Source: Eledone cirrhosa
Lineage: Eukaryota
Assembly (NCBI GenBank): GCA_964016885.1
Contig: OZ024754.1
Location: 5,580,001-5,644,000 of the forward strand
DNA: 64,000 bases
Direction: 5' to 3'
A program made the translations under genes and the position numbers. Within the stretch, counting starts at the first letter, position 1. Every line of letters starts with the position of its first letter. The notes under the pieces are model-generated. The model was given only the letters and a program-made list of their open reading frames with translations, did no database searches and was not told the origin of the DNA. Positions 44,136 through 58,136 of this stretch are shown here, in pieces.

Positions 44136-45583
44136 GTGTGTGTGTGTGTGGTTTGTGTGTGGAGTGTGTATGTGTGCGTGTGTGTGTATGTGGCTGTGTG
44201 AGTGTGTATATACAGATTTATGCTTAATATTCTTGTATGAATTTGAGGTTTTGACCTGTGGATACCCATCTTTATTTACGTGTATATGTTACGAATAGGA
44301 ATCAATGTGCACATATGTGTGTATGTGCGTGTGTGTGTGTACATATGTGTGTTTGTGCGTGTTTGTGTGCACATATGTGTGTTTGTGCGTGTGTGTGTGC
44401 ACATATGTGTGTTTGTGCGTGTGTGTGTGTACATATGTGTGTTTGTGCGTGTGTGTGTGTGCACATATGTGTGTTTGTGCGTGTGTGTGTGTACATATGT
44501 GTGTTTGTGCGTGTGTGTGTGTACATATGTGTGTTTGTGCGTGTGTGTGTGCACATATGTGTGTTTGTGCGTGTGTGTGTGCACATATGTGTGTGTGTGC
44601 ACATATGTGTGTGTGTGCGTGTGTGTGCACGTATGTGTGTCCGTGCGTGTGTGAATGCGCTAATGTGTGTCTGTGTGTGTGTGTGTGTCTCTGTGCACGT
44701 ATGTGTGTCTGTGTGTGCGTGTGTGCACGTATGTGTGCACGTGTGTGTGCCCGTGCGTGTGTGTATGCACATATGTGTGCCTGTGTGTGTGTGTCTCTGT
44801 GCACGTATGTGTGTCTGTGTGTGCGTGTGAGAACGTATGAGTGTTTGTGCGTATGTGTGTGTGTGCACATATGTGTGCCTGTGTGTGTGCGTGTGCACAT
44901 ATGTGTGTTTGTGCGTGTGTGTGTGAGTGCAAGTATGTATGTCCGTGCGTGAGTGTATGCACATATGTGTTTGTCTGCGTGGGTGTACGCATGCGTGTCC
45001 GTGCGTGTGTGTATGCACATATGTGTTTGTCTGCGTGGGTGTACGCATGTGTGTCCGTGCGTGAGTGTATGCACATATGTGTTTGTCTGCGTGGGTGTAC
45101 GCATGTGTGTCCGTGCGTGTGTGTATGCACATATATGTGTATACGTGTATGTGTGTATGTGTCCCTACACGTATCTGTGTATGTGTTTGAGAGTGAAAGA
45201 GACTGGCTAAGTATTTCAACTCAATATAATGTACTTACATATCACTCTGAATTCGCTGAGAAAGTTAGAAAATTCTTCAACTTAAAGAAATTACTGCCTC
45301 TAATGTCAACTAATACGACAGAAGCTATATTTATAAATGTAAAGCTTAAATATCACACACAAAATGTTTATCTATATCTACATATCTACATATCCCTTTC
45401 TCTCCCCCCTCTCTATGTATATATATATATATACATATATAAATATGCATATGTGTATATATAGATATGCATATATGTATATATACGTATATATGTATGT
45501 ATATATATATGTATATATATATATGTATATATATATATATGTGTGTGTGTGTGTTTATATATGTATAATATAATATAATATAT

Positions 45584-45704
<121 letters not shown>

Positions 45705-45971
45705 TTTTTCCTGTCTATAAGTATATATGGATTGTCCTTAATACCAAGAGACACGGAGAGTATGAGATCTGAAATACATAATGTATATATACATATGTAT
45801 GTATATATATGTGTGTATATATGTGTGTTTCTGTGTGTTTAATATTATACATCCATCTTATATATTTATGTTTTTAGATTTTTCTTATAAAGAAATTTAT
45901 AGTTATGAATATATTGATGAACTTAAGCTTCGTAATCTACTCTAACATCTTCTGTGTATATATATTGGGGA

Positions 45972-46054
<83 letters not shown>

Positions 46055-46068
46055 ATATATATATATAA

Positions 46069-46204
46069 GTCCAGATATAGCCGTCGAAACGGCTTGAGCT
46101 CTGCCGTCGGGGTCATAGTTTTTCCTATTTCCCACTCTACCACCCTAAGTATTGAGTACTCTGGTGCGTTATGGTCCATCTGGTTCCTTACCACAATTCC
46201 TTTG

Positions 46205-46206
<2 letters not shown>
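46069..46206 (+). mobile_element. Family A Penelope-like 3' remnant (single arm)
   Basis: ..AGCCGTC-GAAA-CGGCTTGAGCTCTGCCG-TC-GGGGTC plus the family tail. Lies between (TA)n tracts. Confidence 0.7.
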
Positions 46207-46270
<64 letters not shown>

Positions 46271-46343
46271 ACGTTATTCCGGGTTGAATCGGAGGTAACC
46301 ACAGTAAGTAAGGTACTCAATACATTGCAGAGTATAACAGTTT

Positions 46344-46461
46344 TAATATAGATGAGATTCTACAGGACTAGAACTGTTTCATTCTTTAGAAATCATCAGG
46401 AATTCCTGATGATTTCTAAAGAATGAAACAGTTCTAGTCCTGTAGAATCTCATCTATATTA
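46344..46461. ncRNA. Family C: perfect 118-bp palindrome encoding a hammerhead ribozyme on both strands
   Basis: Each strand reads ATTC|CTGATGA|TTTC-taaa-GAAT|GAAA|CAG-ttctagtc-CTG|TA^|GAAT. Symmetry centre is GAATTC at 46400-46405. Confidence 0.8.
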
Positions 46462-46612
46462 TATATATGTTTTATACGTTTCTCTACAGACGGTCAATGT
46501 GAGAATCTTTGAGTTGAGTGAAGTCATGCATCTTTGTGTATATGCATGTTCCCAAAGTATACATGTATACATCTGTGTATGTATATATATATATACATAT
46601 AGAGGGAGAAAT

Positions 46613-46776
46613 GGCTTCTACAGGACTAGAACTGTTTCATTCGAAGGAAATAATCAGGAAATCCCTGGTGACTTCCTTCGAATGAAACAGTTCTTGCCAT
46701 TTCTATATTAAATATTTATACTCTGCTATGTATTGAGTACCTTACTTACTGTGGTTACCTGATTAAACCGGGGATA
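46613..46776 (+). mobile_element. Second family C copy with two decayed inverted HHRs
   Basis: Cores CTGATTA (-) and CTGGTGA (+). Tail GTATTGAGTACCTTACTTACTGTGGTTACC is the inverse of 46270-46345. Confidence 0.65.
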
Positions 46777-46815
46777 CACACGCACGCACACACACACACA
46801 CACACACACACAGAC

Positions 46816-46850
<35 letters not shown>

Positions 46851-46858
46851 TGTATATA

Positions 46859-46950
<92 letters not shown>

Positions 46951-46992
46951 TGTATGTATATATATATATATGTATGTATATATATATATATG

Positions 46993-47045
<53 letters not shown>

Positions 47046-47464
47046 ATATATATATAGAGAGAGAAAGGATAAAAGGGACGATTGATTATTCCTTCATTGC
47101 ATTTATTGATAGGTGACGCGCGTTTCGCCACTGATCAGCTCAAGGTTCGATCTGTATCGATCCTACCCGACTCAATAATCGGCAGCTTGACGGATCCTCT
47201 TAAAATGCTATAAGAAAATGAATTACATGCTATGTGGTAAAGTCAGAGTTTCAAGAGTTTGATAAAATGAGATGTTTTGATTGGTGAGAAGGATCAAGGC
47301 GATGTACTGGCCTGTAGTGTATATGGGGGTGGGTGTGATGGTGAGATGTTGGTGACGGTCTGTGGATGAGGTGGGCTGTGGTGTGGTGGTTTTGGGTTGG
47401 CCTTGGCGTACGCTTTCATCAGATAAAATACAAAGTTTGTTTTATATTTATAAAACAAACTTTG

Positions 47465-47527
47465 TATTTTATCTGATGAAAGCGTATCAATGTGTCTTGG
47501 TACCCTTGAAATATATATAATAAAATA
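47465..47527 (+). ncRNA. Minimal type I hammerhead ribozyme, family B (best-formed copy)
   Basis: TATTTTAT|CTGATGA|AAG-c-GTATCAA-tgtgtc-TTGGTAC-c-CTT|GAAA|TATATA|TA^|ATAAAATA. 8-bp stem I and palindromic stem III. Overlaps a perfect 38-bp inverted repeat at 47409-47486. Confidence 0.85.
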
Positions 47528-47789
47528 AATATGGTTTTATAAATATAGATTCTATTTATTTAATATCATTGAATATTTACTCCAGTAAACTGTTGAGTGC
47601 TCTAAATCAGTTGTAAACATTTATATTTGTTGGACTTCCAACAAATTAAATACCCCTTCTACTTATATATATATATATATGTACATCAGTTCGCTCTCCA
47701 GCGCTACTGGTAACATGTAACCCAGTACAACCTGTGCAGGGTCAAGTCATCGGCGACTAAACCGGCAACCCCACCAAGCTTGCTTCGCG

Positions 47790-48123
47790 GCATAGAGTTA
47801 CGGCCCTTTACATACTGAGTTCAAGTCCTGCGCAGAGGTAAGCTTTGCATTTCATCCTTACGGGGGGCGATAAAATAAAGTACCAGTAATGCACTGTGGT
47901 CGATTTACTCAGCTTTCCCCTCTCTTTCCAAATTGCTAACCTTGTGCCTATAGTAGAAATCATTCGGACGCCATGCTTTCCAGCATAGTTACGTCCCTTT
48001 ACGGTGTGCGTTCAAATCACGCTGAGGGTAACTTTGCCTTTCATCCTTACGGGGTAGATAAAATAAGGTACCAGTAATGTACTGTGGTAATTGCTGGCCT
48101 TGTGCCAAAAAGTAGAAACAATT
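47790..48123 (+). mobile_element. Two tandem 5'-truncated SINE copies
   Basis: Two family bodies head-to-tail. Confidence 0.85.
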
Positions 48124-48201
48124 ATATATATTGTGTGTGTGTGTGAGTGTGAGTGTCTCTGTGTTTGTCCGTGTGTGTTTGTGTGTGTGTGTGTCTGGGT
48201 G

Positions 48202-48274
<73 letters not shown>

Positions 48275-48975
48275 GTCTTTGTGTGTCTGTGTCTGTTCTG
48301 TTTGTCTATATGCATGTATTTTTGTGTGTGTGAAATAAAAATTCTTCCTTTAAACGAAATTTTTTTTTATCCAAATATTCTGGACTTCGATTCATCGTTT
48401 ATATTCTTTCCATTATGACAAGCCACCCACCTAGTAATGGCTACTAATTATTAATCATTCTATTTCGGTTAACACTTTACTCTAATTTTCATCATTTTTG
48501 TAACTCAATGAACGCGAACAATAAGACCATAAAACGATATACAAAAAACAAAGTCTTCATTGTACATTTTTTTTGTTTTAATCTACGTATCTTATATTTT
48601 TAGCTCTATATATTTCCTTTATCGTCTGCTATTGTTTCTTTTACTTGTTACGTTAAATACCTCGTCTATATTAGCTCAACATACAATCTATGTTACGATA
48701 TTTCTTTCTTTCATTCTTCTTCTCGGTCTCTTTCATTGTTTTTCTTTGTTTCTTTTTTTTTCTTTTTTTTTTCCTCTATTTTTTATTCTCATTGTCTTCT
48801 ATTTGTTCTTTCGTTTCTTTTAGCAAATAAACAAAAGTTATTTTGCTTTTTAACCTCTGTTTTTTTTTTCTTTTCTCTTTTCGTGTTTATATCGGCAGAT
48901 GGTAGGTGGCACTGGTTTCGATATTTTTGTTTGTTTCTTTTCGTTTTATTTTTATCTTTTGTTTTATATATACAT

Positions 48976-49020
<45 letters not shown>

Positions 49021-49620
49021 GTGGGTTATATTTTCTCAAGTCTTTTTCCTTCAAATATTTCTTTCTTTTTTTCCTCTGTTTGTTTTGTTTAAAAGCATTA
49101 ACCATTTTTGCAGACGACCGCTATCAACAGACAAACTGATACTAGGAAGGACATTTTACATTATTGCCTTGTTTTTCTTTTGTTTTTTCCTTCATTTCAC
49201 TCTTTTATATTAATTTCGTTTTCTCTTTCTTCAACACACTGCTTCCTCTTTATTAGCATATATTTGAAACAAAGATGTCTTTCTATCTTTCTTTTCTTCT
49301 TTTCTTCAGTTTTCCTCTTTCTTCTTTTTTTCTTTTCCATCTTTCCTTTGTTTTGTTTCTTAATATCTCTTCCATCGAAACGATATTTTCTTTCTTTCAT
49401 TCTTTCTTTCATTCTTTCTTTCATTCTTTCTTTCATTCTTTCTTTCATTCTTTCTTTCTAACTACCTCTTTTTTTTTCTATAACCACTTCACCCACATAA
49501 ACGAGAAACAAACAGATAAAACATGTTATATCGCCATTTATCTTTTTTATTTTATTTTATTTTAATTCCTACCGTTCATTGTTTCTATATATATTCCACT
49601 CTTTCTCTCTATATTAGCAG

Positions 49621-49748
49621 ACGACAAACAAACTAAGATGGCGACCAATCAGAGTCAATCGACCCTCTTATCTCCAATTGAGATCGAGTTGCCTCAAGAC
49701 ATACAGTTCTTCAGCTCTCGAGCTCTTCAGTCAAAACTTCATCATTGA
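49621..49748 (+). CDS. Candidate exon (DDKQTK)MATNQSQSTLLSPIEIELPQDIQFFSSRALQSKLHH*
   Basis: Pyrimidine tract plus TAGCAG tandem acceptor. aagATGG at 49638 and TGA at 49746-49748. No recognised homology. Confidence 0.3.
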
Positions 49749-51196
49749 GAATCTGTTGTTAGAGTGAATGAAGAGACATACGGCCGTGTTGATAATAAAG
49801 GCTTCAAATTCGGAACAAGTAAAAGTAACAACAAAACCACCACCACTGACATCACCACCACTACCACCATTACTGTCACCAACACCACTGGCCCTAGCCC
49901 CCGACAAACCCAACCCCACTACTATTACCACCAACAAAACCACCACCACCACTAACACCACTGCCAAAACTACCACCATTACTATTACCAATACCACTAG
50001 ACCTAGCCTACAACAAACCCTACCCTCCACTACTATTACCACCAACAAAACAACAATCTGGCAAGGGATAGAATCTGCACAGATAACAAACAAATACAAC
50101 GATAACAACAACAACATGAATAAAGAAACATCAAGATACGTAATACAATGATTGAGCCTCCGTCGATTTCGACAATGAGCATACAGATTTCTGTTCAGCT
50201 GAACATTTAGCTAGGAAAGTGGCGGAGTATTTAAAGGCAATGAGCAAACAGATTTTCACTCAGCTGAACATTTAGCTAGGGTGGTGGCTATTTCAAAGCA
50301 ATGAGCATACAGATTTTCGTTCAGCTGAACATTCAAAGAGGTAGCTGACGTGTGAGTGGCTGAGTATTCCACAGATATGTGTGCCTTTAATGTAATTCCT
50401 AAGCCTAATAACAGTGATACACTATGCTGGATATTTGAATTACACGTTCTATTTATCCACGTCATTTCAATCAAGCAGATTTTAGCCACAAGTACCAGTA
50501 ACGCACTGGGGTCGATTTGATTGACTTTCCCCTTCTTTTTACATTGCTGGTCTTGTGCCTAAATTAGAAACAGTTATTATAAACTACAATATCAAAGATG
50601 TCCATTCATTTTAAAGATAGTATAGCATGATACAGAAGATGTCTTTGAATTCTAGCGCACTGAACAGCCATGCAAATGGTTCACCGCCGATTTGATAACA
50701 AATACCAACAAAGAGGTTTCTTGACCTACTCGAATTAGTAATCAAATGGCCGCCATATGATGTCTTGGAGCGTGTAATCCCCTTGATATATAACAAAGAT
50801 GGTTGAATGTATATAAGAATATATGTGACCACAAGTCCGATGGATTAGGGCTAACCTTGTACTAAACAGTAAACACAACAACAATTACAATGACAACAAC
50901 AACAGCAGCAACTACAACAACAGCAGCAATTACAACAACAGTCGTAATTGATGGCAGGACCCAACAAAGCAGCATCTGTGTGGTCGTTTGACGTAGTAAA
51001 AATGGCTGCCAAATATTCGTGAAATGACAGTCATGTCTTCTTTGAAAAATAGGATAGAGTGGTTGTTCAACTCGTACCATATTTTAAACAAAAGACATAC
51101 TGGTCATGGTTGGAACGCTTTTGATCAAAGGTCTGGACGGTGAGGGTTTCTCTGGTGCTAAAGAAAATCAGCAACAACGAGAACATCGACAACTAA

Positions 51197-51226
51197 GACG
51201 ACGACGACGACGGTGACGATGGCGAT

Positions 51227-51258
<32 letters not shown>

Positions 51259-51950
51259 CGACGACGATGACGATGGCGATGAAGATGACGACGATGAAGA
51301 TGACGACGTCGATGACAATGATGACGACGACGATGCCGATGACGATGACAACGAGGATGACGACGATGACAATGACGACGACGATGACGATGGCGATGAC
51401 GATGACGATGACGATGGCGATGACGATGACGATGACGACGATGATGACGATGACGATGACGATGGCGATGACGATGACAACGAGGATGACAACCATGACG
51501 ACGATGATGACGATGACGATGACGACGATGGCGATGACGATGACAATGACGATGATTTCGATGACAATGACGATGACGATGGCGATGACAATGACGACGG
51601 CGACGATGACCATGACGACGATGATGACGATGACGATGACCATGAAGACGATGACAAAGATGACGATTCCGATGACGGTGACGATGATAACGACAATGAC
51701 GACGACGACGACGACGATGACAATTCCGATGATGATGATGATGATGACGATAACGAGGACGACAACGATGACGACGACGATGGCGACGACGATGACAATT
51801 CCGATGACGATTCCGATGACGCTGACGACGATGACGACAAAGACGACGACGGCGATGACGATTCCGATGACGATTCCGATGACGCTGACGACGATGACGA
51901 CGACGACATTGATAACAACAATAACAACAACAACAACAACAACAACAAAC
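51197..51950. repeat. (GAC/GAT)n degenerate trinucleotide array followed by (AAC)n
   Basis: Direct reading. Confidence 0.95.
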
Positions 51951-52209
51951 CACAACTACATCACAGGTCTTTCGAATGACTGTCAAAACATTGCCATCAA
52001 TACAATCATATATGTATTAAGAAGGCGCCCCTAGGCACGCATGTCATTGAATCTTTATGGTTGTTGGTGTTTGTATGAGAGGTAGGGTGGCACCGCAGTG
52101 AGTGTGTAAGTAAGTGTGCGCCTTCGTCGGAGCATTTGCATGTATGCGTATATGTCTAATTGCAAGTGTGTGTGTGTGAATAGATACAAATATGTGTTGT
52201 CTCTGTGTG

Positions 52210-52251
<42 letters not shown>

Positions 52252-52297
52252 AAGTGAGTTACAAACGAAACGAAATTTAATTTCGTTTCGTTATTTG

Positions 52298-52385
<88 letters not shown>

Positions 52386-52393
52386 TATACATA

Positions 52394-52460
<67 letters not shown>

Positions 52461-52463
52461 TAC

Positions 52464-52494
<31 letters not shown>

Positions 52495-52569
52495 CATATA
52501 TATATACATATATATATATATTTATATATCTGTTAATATATATATATATATATATACATATGTATACAC

Positions 52570-52704
<135 letters not shown>

Positions 52705-53010
52705 CATACATGCGTGTGTCAATGCTGAAGGAGGGTAACAATCACTTGACATTGTATGCCAATTTTCGCGCCAATTGTCCATATATCCTAAAACAACGGC
52801 GGTGGTGACTGTAGAGGCGGCAATGGCGGTTATGGTGGCGGGGTTTAGTGTGAACATGGTGAACAACAGGGTAGGGGTGAGAGTGTTTCTATTGTAGGTG
52901 GGATCTTGTGGCTGAATATGTGAGAACGCCTGTATTAGTAAGGAAAGGCATTATATATATGTATATATATATATGTGTGTGTGTGTCATTATATATAGAG
53001 AGAGATAGAG

Positions 53011-53099
<89 letters not shown>

Positions 53100-53152
53100 T
53101 AAACATGCTATATATATGTGTGTGTGTTAATATATGTTTATGTATATAAATT

Positions 53153-53198
<46 letters not shown>

Positions 53199-53278
53199 TA
53201 TACAAATATGTTATACATTTATATATATATATATTTATATATATATATATATAAATAATAAATATATACAAATATCTT

Positions 53279-53344
<66 letters not shown>

Positions 53345-53727
53345 ATTTGACTGCAGGCTATGCATAGCCATATTTAAGAAATGTTATAACAGAATGTGAA
53401 TCCCACAATACTGAGGAGGAAACAGTTAGAAACCAACAACGCAACTCTCTTTCTTAACAGTAATTTCTACAATGTGGCCAGGTTTCGAGGGGGAGGGGGG
53501 GGGGGGGGTCATATGTTTCTTACTGTCGTAGAATTAAGAACGGTAAAATGAAAGAACACAAGAGATGAACATAAATCTATATATTTATTTATGTATTTAT
53601 TCATATATTAGTGTTTTGTACAGTAAATATGATTTCTGGATCCTCTCCTATTTGTCGAATTTTATCAAGGACTTCAGATTGACAGCCCTTTTTTCGAGTA
53701 TATGCGCAGCGCCGAACAACAAAGCCA

Positions 53728-54495
53728 ATCGGTAGAGGGTTGGGTGACATGCTTTCTAACGCAGTTACGTCCCTTTACGGTCTGAGTTCAAATCCCGTCG
53801 AGTTTAACTTTGCCTTTCATCCTTACCGGGGTCGATAAAATAAAGTACCAGTGATCCACTGGGGTAATTGCTGGCCTTGTGCCTAAAGTAGAAACAATTA
53901 TTATTGTCATTATGGCGGTGGATTGGCAGTATCAGTAGAGGGTCGAACGCCATGCTTTAACGCATAGAGTTACGGCCCTTTCCATTATGATTTCAAATCC
54001 CGCCAAGGTTTACTTTGCCTTTCATCCTTACGGGTGCGATAAAATAAAGTACCAGTAATGCACTGGGTAATTGCTGGCCTTCTCCAAAAGTAGAAACAAT
54101 TATTATATTATTGTTATTTTGGCAGTAATCGGTAGAGCATAAGACACAATGCATCGCAGCACAGAGTTACGTCTTTTTACGTTCTATGTTCAAATCCCGC
54201 TGGGGTTAGTTTTGTCTTGCATCCTTACGGGGTCGATAAAATAAAGTACCAGTAATGCACTGGGATAATTGCAGGCCTTTTGCCAAAAGCAGAAACAATT
54301 ATTATTAGAAGTGAATTGGCAGTATCAGTAGAGCGTCAGACACCAAGCTTTATAGCATAGAGTTATGGGTCTTTACGTTTTGAGTTCAAATCCCACCTAG
54401 GTTAACTTTGTCTTTCATCCTTACGGGGTTGATAAAATAAAGTACCAGTAATACACTGGTGAATTGCTGGCCTTGTGCCAAAAGTAGCAACATTA
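53728..54495 (+). mobile_element. Head-to-tail array of four SINE copies
   Basis: Copies at ~53728-53899, ~53914-54101, ~54119-54300 and ~54310-54492, joined through ATT tails. Confidence 0.9.
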
Positions 54496-55494
54496 TTATT
54501 ATTAGAGGTCATGTTTTTTCTTCTATTGTTACTACTGGATTGCATTTTGGTTATAACAAAAGTCTACTATTTTTCTGGCCTTTTCAGATTTCTGTTTGTG
54601 TCGATTTGCTTTGTTTAACCCGTTTATATTTATATTTATATAAGTTTAATATTTTTTATAAGCTTATATTTTGTATTTCTATCGCTATTTTATTTTGTAT
54701 TTTTATGGCTATTTTATTTCATTTTTATTAATACTGGATTGTCTTTCTTTGGCGACTAGTATGGCTGATATTTGTCCAGACTCAACGAAAAGAAAACAGT
54801 TCTGATAAACTCTGAAGTGTGTCTAAATGAAGATAATGTTGTTTATATTATTTGTTTGCTTCGAATTTTTTTGTATTTATTTTATCTATCGTTTATTCTG
54901 TTATTTTTCTGTTTTATTTATGTTGTTGTTTTGGAGGTGAGTCGGGGAGGGGTTCCTTCGCGGTAAAATGGTAGTGAATTGTCTCCGGGAGTAATTAATC
55001 GTATTTTCTAAATTTGGTCTTAAGTCTTACTAACGTAACATACATTGAATACGTTTCTAAGTTCTATGCCTCATTAGAATGTCTAAATAGGCATGTATGA
55101 TTGCTTATCATAATAACAACCTTAAATATATTTCTCTTTTATTGAATTATTTCCTCTTTTTGTCTCCCGGTCACAAAGACCCCATTATATAGACATCATT
55201 AACGCTCTTATTTTACAATAGTGGTGCTTCATCCATTCCAGTGTGTTGTACTGCAGTCTGAAAGAAACAAAAACAAAAAGATTTCTCTGAATTCCAAATC
55301 GAAAATCATATCTGTCCGTCTACAAATCGAGACATTTGTGAACTAAAATTAACTATGTGACTCGTTATATTTTTTTTGTTTTAGTTTTGTTTTAGTACTA
55401 TGATATTGTTTTTGTAATATATTGTATCTTGGTTTTATATGAAAACAATTTGTGGAAAAACATTCGATTAAAAATATTGAGAAGCATTTTCAAC

Positions 55495-55585
<91 letters not shown>

Positions 55586-55587
<2 letters not shown>

Positions 55588-55779
55588 CGAAGGAAATGTG
55601 GTAAGGAACCAGATGGACCATAACGCACCAAAGTACTCAATACTTAGGGTAGTAGAGTGGGTAATAGGAACGAGTGGGACCCCGACGGCTGAGCTCAAGC
55701 CGTTTCGACGGCTAATTCTGGACTGAATTAGTCGTCGAAACGGCTTGAGCTCAGCCGTCGGGGTCCCACTCGTTCCTAT
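55586..55779 (-). mobile_element. Family A Penelope-like 3' remnant with fold-back palindrome
   Basis: 55-bp arms at 55664-55718 and 55725-55779 with one G-T mismatch, loop TGGACT. In (TA)n. Confidence 0.7.
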
Positions 55780-55785
55780 ATATAT

Positions 55786-55931
<146 letters not shown>

Positions 55932-56683
55932 TGGCTACCATTACTAGCAGATGTATGGAGCACTTAGATGTACTTTGTCGGTTCTTGACCGTGTCGTTCT
56001 TTATAATAATGATTTCTCAGAATACTGGCTGAAACTGGTTGCAGAGAATGCATATATTCTATATGATGTATAAGGATATTGAAATGTCTGCATATATTTC
56101 CTTTACACACACAGACACACACACATACATACATACACACATACACACACACGTACACACAAACACACACAACTACACGAACACAAAACACACTCGCACG
56201 GACACAATTTAATGTAAGCAATGTAAGCATATACTTCCACTCACATCTTTCATTCAAGATGGAGTAGTGAAGTTAAGCTTATGTAAAGCAAAAAACATAA
56301 CGAAAAGCCATTGATATTAGTTATTAGATATTCATTAACTAACAAAATATTATAACAGTAACAAGAAAGGAAAACAAGAAAAACCTTTAATAGTAAATTA
56401 TAACGAAATCATATTCTCTCTGCGTTCTTTAGAATGAAACGCTACAAGGTCCCATTCAATAGAAATACTCAAGCCAAACATTGAAATTGAATATCATTTC
56501 CGCCATTTTCTAATGATTTCGCCGTTGGTTACGCCATTTTGTTATATCTTAATACATTGGAAGTGATTATGTCAGAAGACAGGAACGTTTTTCCCTGTCT
56601 GTGTCCATTTGTTCTTGTTCTCTGTTTTTAAGTGTTTGTGTATGTTTGTATATATGTACACATGTACGTTTTATATATATATG

Positions 56684-56714
<31 letters not shown>

Positions 56715-56731
56715 ATATATATATATATATT

Positions 56732-56962
<231 letters not shown>

Positions 56963-57148
56963 GAATGAAAAAATGGTGTGCTGCGTTGTTGTGAGTGTGA
57001 TACATATGAAGGAAAAATAGAGCGAGAAACGGGACTGTCCAACATCAGTGGTCGTCTGACTATCATCGGTATTTCTTCGCATTAAAAGATCACTGATGAT
57101 GGACAGTCCCGTTTCTTGGTCTATTTTTCATTCATATATATATAATAT

Positions 57149-57224
<76 letters not shown>

Positions 57225-57264
57225 ATATTAACAAATGGAAACTATATTTATAAAACAATATTTA

Positions 57265-57326
57265 TTTCATTATACACATTTCAAGGGCCACCAAGGCAGA
57301 TTATGGTGCGCTTTCATCAGATAAAA
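57265..57326 (-). ncRNA. Minimal type I hammerhead ribozyme, family B
   Basis: Minus strand TTTTAT|CTGATGA|AAG-CGCACCA..TGGTGGC-CCTT|GAAA|TGTGTA|TA^|ATGAAA. An inverted partial copy with tail lies at ~57405-57575. Confidence 0.75.
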
Positions 57327-57572
57327 TATAATACAGATTATTTTTATAAATAAATATTGACATACCCTGAAAAAATGCAACCTTACCGGTTGGAGCTTCC
57401 TGGGTAGCCTTGGTGGCCCCTGAAATATGTATAATGAAATAAATATGGTTTTATAAATATAGTTTCCATTTGTTAATATATTGTATATTTACACCAATAA
57501 TTTGTTGAGTGCTTTATATCAGTTATAAAAATATTTTAGGTTGTTGTATCCCAACAAATTAAATATAACCTC

Positions 57573-57599
<27 letters not shown>

Positions 57600-57603
<4 letters not shown>

Positions 57604-57681
57604 AGAACAAATTGAAGTTTAAGCAAAGAATCACTGCTTTCACCCTTAACGGGATCTTCTGAAATTAAATATTTGCTCTAC

Positions 57682-57717
<36 letters not shown>

Positions 57718-57780
57718 TATATATATAAATAATCCTTATCGAGCTCTCTTCAGATTTTAGTCTTCACATTTATTATTACT
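57600..57780. mobile_element. Family D remnant with HHR-like motif (CAGAAGA core variant)
   Basis: Minus strand AATTT|CAGAAGA|TCCC-gttaa-GGGT|GAAA|GCA-gtgattctt-TGC|TT|AAACTT. Plus-strand tail as in 32915-33010. Confidence 0.55.
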
Positions 57781-57788
57781 ATATATAT

Positions 57789-57890
<102 letters not shown>

Positions 57891-57920
57891 AGATCAAAAG
57901 ATGGTTAAAAGAGTTCCAAG

Positions 57921-57991
57921 TATTATATTATGCGCATTTCAAAAACAAATATCATCATGGGATGATATCTGCGTTCTCATCAGATAAAATA
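57921..57991 (-). ncRNA. Minimal type I hammerhead ribozyme, family E
   Basis: Minus strand TATTTTAT|CTGATGA|GAAC-GCAGATATCATC-ccat-GATGATATTTGT-TTTT|GAAA|TGCGCA|TA^|ATATAATA. Homologous to 12505-12665. Confidence 0.8.
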
Positions 57992-58100
57992 GGGAGACAT
58001 GATATGAAGCTTAAAAAACACTTGTGAATAGTGAAGTTTTAAATCAACATATCCGATATTTGCATTGCTTTATTGTGCTACAATAAAACTCACCTCCTAC

Positions 58101-58135
<35 letters not shown>

Positions 58136-58136
58136 T

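Noticed and set aside
51197-51979. ~260-codon stop-free poly-Asp frame suggestive of an acidic biomineralisation protein
   Set aside because: Preceded immediately by TAA, with no ATG, signal peptide or pyrimidine-tract acceptor. (GAY)n arrays stay open by composition.
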